From contig CM082577.2 of NCBI GenBank assembly GCA_040954595.2, positions 16,189,903 to 16,253,902 on the forward strand: a stretch of DNA of 64,000 bases, in the 5' to 3' direction. The stretch is from Balanoglossus misakiensis (lineage: Eukaryota > Animalia > Hemichordata). Within the stretch, counting starts at the first letter, position 1. Each line of letters opens with the position of its first letter. The notes below the pieces were generated by a model, which saw only the letters and a list, made by a program, of their open reading frames with translations, searched no databases and was not told where the DNA came from. Below, in pieces: positions 52,314-62,848 of this stretch. Position numbers and translations under genes: made by a program.

Positions 52314-54244
52314 TTATGCATAACCAAAACCCTTGGAATTGGTTATGGCAAAAGCCATAGCATGTTTAAATGCATCATATGTTTTGTGTAATACTGGAAG
52401 GTGGAGCACACCAGCACAAGTGTTGGCTTTGGGGAATTTAGATTGAGCTTCACTTCCATGAAGGAACATAATTCTTGGAGTTAGTCCTTGGACAAGCTCT
52501 GTACACCCAATGGTAAACATCATTATCTCGGCCAGTGTCACATTGTCTATTTCTTGATCTTGGACATCTTGCAAGAAATCTGCCCAGTATGACAGGAGAA
52601 GACTTTCAGCGTTGAACATATTGGATCCTTCCTCACTCCGTGTAACATCAGATAAAAACATATCAGTAGTTAGTGGAGCAGGCTCACAGAAGACAGGCTG
52701 GAAGCTTGTTGGGTACTGCCGCATAGCCTCAAGTACACCAAGTGAAGACAACCCATCAGTAAACTGATCAAAGGCTTCTCTATTTCTGCCATACATGTTC
52801 CATTTCACTGTGGACCCAATGACTGCTGACTTGTCAATTTCAGTACGTATCAGTCTCCATGTACCAGCAATCTCAGTGATACTTTCTAAGTTATCAGTCA
52901 GCACTTGGTTGGCTTCATCAATGGGCGCATTTTGCAATGCAGTGAGGTCAGCTTTTACTGGGTTGTTCTGAGGGAGATCATCAATAGTAGGCTTGATTGA
53001 GTCACATCCATGTACAATAGCTTGGCAGAAATGGTCTGCAAAGCAGTGGGGAGCAGGACCTCCATGGACAAGAGACATGGCAATTAGCTGACCTGCCATG
53101 TAATACTCATTTTCATCAGCGCATCTACTAACACATGATAAGTATTTCTGGTTGTGTTCACCATCAAAGAGCTCACTATTGGTTATATAGTTCATGGTTA
53201 ATGTCAAGAGCTCCCTCATAGGGCCCCCTGCATCCACAGCTCCTTCTGATGAGCCATCATCATCTGTGAATTTCACAGAAATCTTATTTTTTGGATGGAA
53301 TGACTTGCGTTTTAGGCCTCTCTTGACACCATCAAAAAGATGATTTCTGGAAATATTGAACTGTGATGTCTTGCTGTGATCAATCTGCTCGGCAAGGTTG
53401 GCCAAAATCTCTGCAAGTGGTACTGTGGTGGTTGCATCGGGAGGTACTTGTTGGATATCATCACCAGAATCTGATATGTACACAGTTTCATTTTCATCAG
53501 AAAATAAAGTGGCATACACATCATCAATCTCCAACCTACTTTTCTTGATTTCTGTCGGATCTTCATTGACCACTGATGTAGTGGCCTTGGGTGTGGTCAT
53601 TACACATGGATGCTTCTCACGAGTTTTGTCATCTCCAACATCATGCACTTCTTCATTTGTGACTTTTCTTTTTTGTCTCTCTTTATTGTGCTCTCTTGCA
53701 TTTGAACAGCCATGATTCTCAGAAACCTCACCACCATCACTTTCTTCAGGGTTTGACAGAGTGTCATATCCCATGGATGTATCAAAGTCACGTTCGGAAC
53801 AGAGGAACAGCTTTATTCTCTTGTAGTCAACTCCAAGTTCATCTTTGTATCGAGATAACATGAAAAATTCTTTCTTCTCTGATCCTGGGATGAAAAGTGC
53901 TTGCGATCCATCTTCATACACAAGTATATAGTTTTGTTGTTCATCAATGAAATTCTTCTTGAAAGACTTCCATTTTTGAAGTCCTGTCTCTAATATTGTT
54001 GCATAAGTTGCATTAGTTTTGGCCTGGATTGGTAGGCGTTTTCCCCAGTGTGGCTTCAGCTGTTGCAGCTTCTCATCGAAATACATGACACCTATTGAGA
54101 TCTGGACATCATCTTCATGGCTTGTCTTTCCTACTCCTTTCCTTCTGCTCCCTTTTGGTGTGAATTTACGATATGAATTCTTTTCCTCTTTGAATGCACT
54201 GAATGACTTTACTCGACCAAACATCTTTTCTGCATATGTTGAAA
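52314..54244 (-). CDS. HECT E3 ubiquitin ligase (G2E3-like), main exon
   Basis: VKFTDDDGSSEGAVDAGGPMRE, YYMAGQLIAMSLVHGGPAP, QFTDGLSSLGVL, FPKANTC (catalytic Cys) and C-terminal GFGYA*. Acceptor TTTTTCAG at 54252-54245, 20 nt before ATG 54224. Confidence 0.92.
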
Positions 54245-54372
54245 CTGAAAAATATGGATAATAACATAAAATTGTTATAACCAGAGATAAACTGAGGTTT
54301 AAAGAATAGGTTCCATATCTAAGTAGATAGAAAAAAGTACAGTAAGTCAGAAAGCTTCAGCATATCACTCAG

Positions 54373-54520
54373 TGATTAAAATCAGATGTAGGGAACAGCG
54401 ACGTCCTTTACTTAAGTGGTACGATATTCTTATGCTGTCGCCTCACACTAGGCGAGAGCATAAGAATACCGCACCGCATAATTAAAAGACGTCGCCGTTC
54501 CCTACATCTGATTTTAATCA
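54373..54520. repeat. ~150-bp hairpin mini-element in the intron
   Basis: TGATTAAAATCAGATGTAGGGAAC...GTTCCCTACATCTGATTTTAATCA, centred on CGCCT...AGGCG. Confidence 0.85.
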
Positions 54521-55374
54521 GATTGATAAATCGTGTATGAAAAACAGACAAAAATGTTTCAACACATAAGACAATTTGGAGAAGCAGCCAAAAGCCTATG
54601 CTGTGATCAATACTGTTTATTGCTTTATTGGCTTGCAGTTAAAAAGCAAATATCTAATTGAATCAAATCGTTTCGAAGCACACCCACACTCATGCCCCCC
54701 TGTCCCTAAAAATAATGGTATCATACAGGGGCTAAGGGACTGGTCAGTTTCTTCAGTCGGGGGGGGGGGGGGGGCAGTGGATTATAGGGGGTCACCTTGA
54801 TTTGGAAATGCTGAATGAGGGACTAAAATTGCTTTTGAGTACACAAAAATTCAGTTTCAAGCTCTTTATACTACAAGATTTTCTAACGTGGAAGGGGACA
54901 ACCCTCCCACCCCCTTCACTTCTCTTGATTACTATGTCTGCCAATTATTGTAATGACTTGCATATTTTGTTTATTCATGTTATATTTAATTATTTAAATT
55001 AATGCATAAATGCAAATTGTTATGTTATTCATTCCCTAAGTTTTTGAAAGTTGGTATGGGAGGTGTCACCAACTTTTAAATGTTCAATGAGGGGGGGGGG
55101 GTGGGGTTAGCCACATTTTGATATCAACAAAATAGAATCCACCCCGGCTGAAGAAATGTCCCTAAAGACGTGCACTATTAAATTGACCTGATCTGCATAT
55201 CACTTCGTACACGCTCTGTGTTTCTGGCGTTACACGTCTCGGACGGGCATGCGGGGCTAGGCTAGATCCGCATCAGCTGTACGCTGGAAGCGATTCGTGA
55301 ATAATCCAGGTTTTGTAAATCTCTCAGATTACAAAATAAAGAAACACACGTAGACGGTAGAACAGACAACTTAC

Positions 55375-55690
55375 CGGGAGTAACTTTACCGGCACTGGCA
55401 TCACCCCCTTTACCACTAGATGCAGGAGAATTGGCATATACAACCTCAAGTTGATTACCATGTACCCGGGCCCATCCATTATTTGGTGGATAAATGACAC
55501 CATTCACACATCTGAGGCCACGAATTGTGAGGCATCCATCGATGACATTGACAGTTCGGTACCTTACACCACAGGCTCCGGAAAATTGGCACTGAACAGT
55601 GCTTAACAATAAAGTTTCGTCTCGTTCGAGCGGCAACTCGACGGTTTGGCCGCTCTGCTTGTCCGTAACGACGATGTACTCTTCGGTCAT
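55375..55690 (-). CDS. TDP-43 N-terminal-domain-like first exon, predicted to splice to the HECT exon
   Basis: MTEEYIVVTDKQSGQTVELPLERDETLLLSTVQCQFSGACGVRYR...RGLRCVNGVIYPPNNGW resembles TDP-43 [44 protein letters not shown]...RGVRLVEGILHAPDAGW. Donor CCG|GTAAG at 55374 (phase 1). Confidence 0.85.
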
Positions 55691-55731
55691 GGCAGAGGTT
55701 TAGGAGAAAAACGTTGCTGTGGCATGGCATG

Positions 55732-55756
55732 GTGGGATACTTCAACTTCCGCCGCC
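55732..55756 (-). promoter_or_regulatory. Putative promoter motif for the TDP43N-HECT gene
   Basis: Minus strand GGCGGCGGAAGTTGAAGTATCCCAC lies 40-65 bp before ATG 55690. Confidence 0.5.
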
Positions 55757-55835
55757 GTTAAAAAAATTTTTGTGCTTGTCGAAAAAAAAGTTTCACTGTT
55801 CCCTAAAAAGTTACAAAGTAGCACTTGAAAAAAAT

Positions 55836-56342
55836 AATAGCGCCCCCATGAAAAAGTTTGTCAGTAGCAATAGAAAGAGCGCCCCCATAAGTTGTGTAAC
55901 TAGAAATTAGATAAAAATATATTTACATCTGTAAAATACAATTTTCACCCGCGAAAAGTAATGTTACTTAAAAAAAGTTTTACAAAATTAAATATTTCTT
56001 TCCGAAAATAAAAAAAATTCTATGTAGTGTAGATAATATTTTATCTCAAGTGTTAGAAGTTTATTTTGGAAAAAAATCTTAAAATTTTACTCTCGGAAAA
56101 AATAAAATTGGCTTTCGGAAATTAAACTTTTTTTCTCTAAAATAAGAGTTGTGTAAAGTAAATATAAAGTTTTACTGTCAAAATTAAAAAGTTTACTCCA
56201 CTGAAATTGAAATTGTGTGCGTCAAAATTATAGTTGCCTTCACCAAAACTTAAGTTTACTTTTGGGAGAAGATATTGTCTATAATTTTGAAAGTTTAACT
56301 TTCAAAATAATATTTTAGGCCTGACATGAGAGGGCCACCGTA
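55836..56342 (-). repeat. Right terminal inverted repeat
   Basis: Reverse complement of 48286-48791. Confidence 0.95.
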
Positions 56343-58402
56343 AGAAACAGTCTCAGTGTAGTATTGAACCACTGCGTGCACCAACGTTTGATTCTGTCAT
56401 GAAGTATATTGCTGCTACAGATGTAATCAAGCCCGTGTATCAGCCATTGAACAATGCACTAAAAGAGAAAGGTGATTTCAGCCCATTGCTTTTGGATGAA
56501 TTTGCAAGTGATGACCGCTATGAAAGACGCAAGTATATACAGGATTTGACATTGTCTGTCCTCACAATGCTGTATAGAATGTCGTATGGTGGCAGGATTG
56601 GTACACTTTCGTTTATTTGGTCTGTTCCCCCTGGAAGTACTGGTACACAAGATGTAGAAACCAGAAATGCTCAACTGGTTGCTGGTATCATCGAAAAACT
56701 TCCAGTATACTCAACACGTGCTATGCATCGTGACTTTATAAACAAATACAGCAACCACCTGAAGGGGTCAACAGCAGTTCTACGTCAGATGTACCATGAG
56801 TTGACAGGGGACAGCACAGCATCAGAGACAAGTGAACAAACTGAGATTGACTTAAGAGCAGCTGAGATACTCCTTGGGTCTGATGACCCAAACTTGCTAT
56901 TGGATTACAGGAAATCAAATGGCAAACCAGGATCAACTAACTTTCAAGTCTTTTACGATGAATGTGAGAAGTATTTTGAAGAGCATCTGAATCCAGCTGT
57001 CAATGACAGAAGGCATGGTGATGAGCTTTACATACCTATTGCTACACCTATTGAAGACCTTCGATCTGAAGTAGCCATACGTCTACCACCAGATACTCCT
57101 GTTCCAAGCACTTCCACACTACGGCTTCAGTTTCATCCAATGAATGAATACGCAAATACTGCATTACGCTATACTGGCAGATTTAACATCAAATTCTAAG
57201 TGCAGTCAAGAATTTCCAGAATGGATCATCCACATTCAAAATATGTGTTCACACAGTACAGATATCTAAAGGAAATGTTGGTGAAATTCCGCAGCAGTGC
57301 CACATTTTGTTGCTTGGATGACAAATCAATCATCCCACTTGGTGAACCTAACCTATCCATTGCAACTGGTGTCCGTGGTCATAACCGTGTACTTGCACCA
57401 ATGTTTGGTCCAAGACTTGCTGCTGCAGATCATGATTTTCATGTTGCTGGACTTGTACCATCAGTAGCACTGGTGACAAATATTCCAGAGAATGCTAGTG
57501 ATAGCTTTTTCACAGGGAATATTCATGTAACAACAAAGGATAAAGTGTTTCAACCATCTACACCTCTCAGGCAAGCAACTGAACTTTGCAAGATATTCCG
57601 TGGTGCCAAATCAGCAGATGGTACAAAACTGAGTGATGAAATTCTAGCCATTTTTACAGATGGCGGTCCTTATCACCGTGTAACCTATGAGAGTGTCATA
57701 TTGGCTCTTATTGCCCTGTTTATGTGCACTGATGTTGACATGCTGACAGCTCTACGCACAGCACCTCACCATAGCTGGGTTAATCCTGCAGAGAGATGTA
57801 TGTCAATACTGAATTTGGCTATTCAGCATGTAGCTCTAGCTCGGCGCAGCATGGATGAACAGTTTGAAACTATGGTCAGAAATAAATCCCGTCTTACTGC
57901 AGTAAGAAATGTTGCTGAAAGACGTCCAGCCTTCAAAGAAGCATTCAGCGAGTCAGTTGAGCCAGTAATAGCCACAGTAGCTCAGCGTTTCAGTCGGATG
58001 AAACTCAAAGACCAGCCTCTGTCTGTACATGATGCTGCAACTGATGATGAAATAGATGCCATGATGGATCCTGCCCACCTGTATTTGGATGACTCACTGT
58101 CAAGAAAGTCAACTAGCAATGAAATAAAAAAGTCTACTGGTTTCCAGGACTTCATTGCTAGTCATGGAAAAAGTACACACTATGCTTTTCAGCTGAAGAA
58201 ATGTTCCAGTACCTACAGCAAATCCAGTACGCATGGATGCAGAAGCATTTGCCACATTACACTTCCTACCAGATCCAATGCCAGATGACACTGGGGCCCA
58301 CTACAAGCCTTTTTCTGAGGTGTGTGACATCTATTGTTTATTGGGGGCACAAGCGCCCTCAGGCGGCTTGTGCCCCCATTGTTATTGTTGGAATATTTCT
58401 TC

Positions 58403-61400
58403 TTTATTAGGGCCCAAGCGCATACCAGCGCTTGGGCCCTATTGATTTCGTTGGGGTTTTTCAGTCTTTCTTTCTTTAGGGCCCAAGCGCACGCAAGCGC
58501 TTGGGCCCTATTGGTTTCGTTGGAATTTTTCTTTCTTTCCGGCTTTCTTTCTTTCTTTATTCTTGTGTCAATTCTTTGGGCAACGAGATCTCAGACACCG
58601 CTGCAGGTACACTTCTCAAACTTGCTACAGTGGTCAAGGTCAATGAGTAGATGTGCAGTGACTTGTGAATACTTAATTAGTCACGTGACCTGGCGGCCAT
58701 ATTGGATTTTCTGAAAAAAATCAAATCTCAGATCTCAGAAACTACAAGTCAGATCGACTTCAAATTTGGCATGCAGGTAGACTACCTTCTACCCATCATT
58801 TTTGTAATTGGAAATTTTGCTGTCAATGTTGCAGTTTTTTTGCTACAATTTTTTTTCTGAAATCTAGCTTAAATTTCAAAAATCTTCTTCTCCAGAACCG
58901 GTGATAAGCGAGACACAAGGTTTGGGGTATGTGGTCACCTAACTGATGTCTATCAAGTTTGCGAAGATCATTGTGATTGGTCGGAGATTATGGCGGCCAT
59001 ATTGGATTTTCGAAAAACCATAATTAAACTCCAAAAATCTTCTTCTCCAGAACGGGCGATGACTGAGTCGCAAGATTCGGGGAGTATGGTCACTACACTG
59101 ATGTCTATCAAGTTTGCAAAGAGCATTGTGATTGGTCGAAGATTATGGCGGCCATATTGGATTTTGTAAAAAGCAGTGAAAAATTAAAATTCCTTTTTCT
59201 AGTATAAAAATTGATAGCATACAAATTCTTTTAATGGATATCATTCGTCATATGACTACAATATGTTACAAATTTTTGGCGATTTTTCACATGACCTTTG
59301 ACCTACTTTTCACACATTATTATTTCTGCATATCTAATTCCAGGCTAACCTATAGGGCTAGACGTTTGGTTTTTGATGCATGTGGATTAGTGTGTGATCA
59401 AAATATTTTGCTACTTTTCATGACCCCTTTGACCTCTGCCGACCTCATTAATTATGTGCATAGCTAATTACAGGCGAACCAATACAGCTAGAGGTTTGGT
59501 TTTTGTTGAACATGGACCAGTATGGGGTCAAAATTTTTTGCCCAAATGTTGGGTGACCTCTGGTGACCTTTGACCTACTTTCGCATATCTCAACGTCCAG
59601 AGCAGATACAGCCTTGGCATTTGGCAGGATGGGACCTAAATGTAAAGCCAAATTTTTGGATCACCTGTGACACCTGCTGACCTCATTAAATATGCACATA
59701 CCTAATTACACGCGAACCAATAGAGCTAGAGTTTTGGCTTTTGTTGGACATGGCCCAGCATGGGTCAAAAATTTTTGCCCAAATGTTGGTGATCTCAGGT
59801 GACCTTTGACCTACTTTACCCTATTTCAGCCGCAAAAATACACACGTCCTTGTTATGTCATGAGATAATACACCCGATAGAAAATTCTGTTTCTTCTCAT
59901 TCATACTGCGCATATATAATTCAAGATCAGCGCTTGGGCCCGACAATGCTGCTCGCAGCTTTAATTCTTTCTTTCTTTCTTTATTCTTGGTTCCATTTTT
60001 CGGCCACCTAAATCTCAAAAACTGCAGCACCAACCAGGCTGAAACTTGGTAGGCAGATAGGGGCCAATGAGTAGATGTGCAGTGGCTCGTGAATATTTAA
60101 TTAGTCACGTGACCTGGCGGCCATATTGGATTTTCTGAAAAAATGCAAATCTCAGATCTCAGAAACTACAAGTCAGATTGACTTCAAATTTGGTGTGCAG
60201 CTAGTATACCTTATGCCCATCATTTTTGTAATTGGATATTATGTTGTCAATGTTGCAGTTTTTTTGCTACAGTTGTTTTTCTGAAATCTGGTCAAATTTT
60301 CAAAAATCTTCTTCTCCAGAACCGGCGATAACCGAGTCACGCCATTTGGGGTATGTGGTCACCTAACTGATGTCTATCAAGTTTGCGAAGATCATTGTGA
60401 TTGGTCGAAGATTATGGCGGCCATATTGGATTTTCGAAAAACCATAGTAAAACTTCAAAAATCTTCTTCTCCAGAACGGGCGATAACCGAGTCACAAGAT
60501 TTGGTGTGTGTGGTCATTAAACAGATGTCTATCAAGTTTGCGAAGGGGAATGTGATTGGTCGAAGATTATGGCGGCCATATTGGATTTTGTGAAAATCGA
60601 TTAAAAAGTAAAAATTCCCTTTCTAGCCTAAACATTGATAGCACAGAAATTCTTTTTATGGATATGAATCATCATATGACAAGAATTAGCTATAAATATT
60701 TTGGTAATTTTGGCAATGACCTTTGACCTACTTTTGACGTATCATTTTTCTGCATATCTAATTCCAGGCTAACCAATAGGGCTATAAGTTTGGTTTTTGA
60801 TGTATGTGGATTTGTATGTGATCATAAAATTTTGCTACTTTTCATGACCCCTTTGACCTCTGCTGACCTCATTAAATATGCACATACCTAATTAATGATG
60901 AACAAATAGACCTAGAGGTTTGGTTTTTATTATACATGGACCAGTATGGGGTCAAAATATTTTGCCCAAATGTTGGGTGACCTCGGATGACCTTTGACCT
61001 ACTTTTGCATATCTCGACATCCACAGCAGATACAGCCTTGGCGTTTGGAGGTATGGGGCCATAATGAAAAGCCAAAGTTTTGGGTCATCTGTGACACCTG
61101 CTTTACTCATTATTTATGTGCATACCTAATTCCGGGCTAACCAAAATGGCTAGAGGTCTGGTTTTTGTTGGGACATGGACCACTATGGGTCAAAATTTTC
61201 TGCCCAAATTTTGGATGACCTCAGATGACCTTTGACCTACTTTTGCATATCTCAGCATCCAAAGCAGGTACAGCCTTGGCATTTGGCGGTATGGGGCCAT
61301 AATGAAAAGCCAAAGTTTTGGGTCACCTGTGACACCTGCTTTACTCATTATTTATGTGCATACCTAATTCCGGGCTAACCAAAAGGGCTAGAGGTCTGGT

Positions 61401-61631
61401 TTTTGTTGGGACATGGACCACTATGGGTCAAAATTTTCTGCCCAAATTTTGGATGACCTCTGGGTGACTTTTGACCTACTTAACACTATATCAACACCAA
61501 ACATAGATATAACCTTGATATTTCATGGGATAAAACACAGCATTATGTTTCTACTCATTAATTATGTGCATATCTAATAATCAGATCAGATAATAGAGCT
61601 TGGGCCCGGACAATGCTGCTTGCAGCTTTAA
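58403..61631 (+). mobile_element. HINE-like element B (middle)
   Basis: Head hairpin at 58409-58440; tail CTTGGGCCCGGACAATGCTGCTTGCAGCTTTAA; near-identical to the reverse complement of 21028-22441. Confidence 0.75.
58475..59964 (+). mobile_element. HINE-like element C (inner)
   Basis: Head hairpin at 58478-58510; tail GCGCTTGGGCCCGACAATGCTGCTCGCAGCTTTAA. Confidence 0.75.
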
Positions 61632-62848
61632 TTCTTCTTCTTCTTCTTCTTCCGAGAAATTCGGCCAGGTAGATCTGGAAAACCGCTGCACCTAGGGGGC
61701 TGAAACTTGGTAGGGTGATAGGGGCCAATGAGTAGACGTGCAGTGGCTCGTAAATATTTTAATTAGTCACGTGACCTGGCGGCCATATTGGATTTCCTGA
61801 AAATCGTCAAACGAGTCCTTCTCAAAAACTGCTGGGCCGATCGAGTTCAAATTTGGTGTGCAGGTAGCCTACCTTCTGTCCATCATTTTACTCCATTGAA
61901 ATCATGACGTCACACATAAAGTTTTTTTGCTACAATTGTTTTTCTGAAAAACTACTTAAAACTTTAAAAATCTTCTTCTCCAGAACCAGCGATTGCCGAG
62001 TCACGGGATTCGGGGTATGTGGTCACCTAACCTATGTCTATCAAGTTTGCGAAGTGCACTGCGATTGGTCGATCATTATGGCGGCCATGTTGGATTATCG
62101 GAAAACCATTGAAAAATGAAAATTCCGTTTTGTAGCCAAAATGTTGACAGCACGGAAATTCTTTTTTTGGATATGAGTCATCATATGACCGGAAGTTGTC
62201 ACAATTTTTCAGGGCAATTTTCACATGACCTTTGACCCAGTTTTAAAACAACTAATTATATATGCATATTCCCCATACCTCCTCTTGTCAAAGCACCACA
62301 CTCATGAATTTTGTGGACATGGGTACCAATGCTGCCAGGACATGACACAAATATTTTGGTAATTTTGGCAATGACCCTTGACCTTTTTCTGAAACATCAT
62401 TTTTCTGCATATCTAATTCCAGGCTAACCAATAGGGCTAGAGGTCTGGTTTTAGTTGGACATGCCCACTCTGTGGTCAAAATTTTATGCCCAAATTTTGG
62501 GTGACCTTGGATGACCTTTGATGTACATTGCCATATCTCAGCATCCACAGCAATTAGAGTCCTGGCTTTTGGGGGGGGGCGGTGGAGCACATACATGTAT
62601 GGAGTCTTACACAAGACCTCATTAATTATGCACATACCTAATTCTAGGCGAACCAATAGAGCTAGGGGTCTGGTTTTTGTTGGATCTAGGCTAGTATGGG
62701 GTCCATTTTTTGCCCAATTTTGGGGTGACCTCAGGTGACCTTTGACCTACTTTCCCATATCTTGGTATCCCCAGCATATACAGCCATGGCGTTTGCTGGT
62801 CACCATGGGAACCTGCTTGTGCCCCGCCAACGCTGCTTGCAGCTTTAA

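Larger units (their letters stand above)
48286..56342. mobile_element. IS3EU-type DNA transposon, 8057 bp, apparently intact
   Basis: TACGGTGGCCCTCTC...GAGAGGGCCACCGTA termini (TAY..RTA); 6-bp TSD AGAAAC at 48280-48285 and 56343-56348; ~506-bp TIRs; two convergent genes. Confidence 0.92.
48150..58320 (+). pseudogene. Zator (TP36/ISAzo13-related) transposase interrupted by the IS3EU element; one internal nonsense codon; 3' end cut by HINE insertions
   Basis: Motifs CLDDKSIIPLGEP, AADHDF, FTDGGPYH and APHHSWVNPAERCMS. ORFs 56399-57199 and 57200-58288 are in one frame separated by a single TAA. The frame continues across the insertion site (YKQYLDQNLVVKK|QSQCSIEPLR). Confidence 0.8.
58337..62848 (+). 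mobile_element. HINE-like element A (outer)
   Basis: Head GGGGGCACAAGC...GCTTGTGCCCCC (58343-58377) matches tail GCTTGTGCCCC + GCTGCTTGCAGCTTTAA (~62815-62848). Confidence 0.75.

Noticed and set aside
55262-55690. Host TARDBP gene
   Set aside because: Only the NTD is present, with no RRM exons, and it lies inside transposon TIRs.
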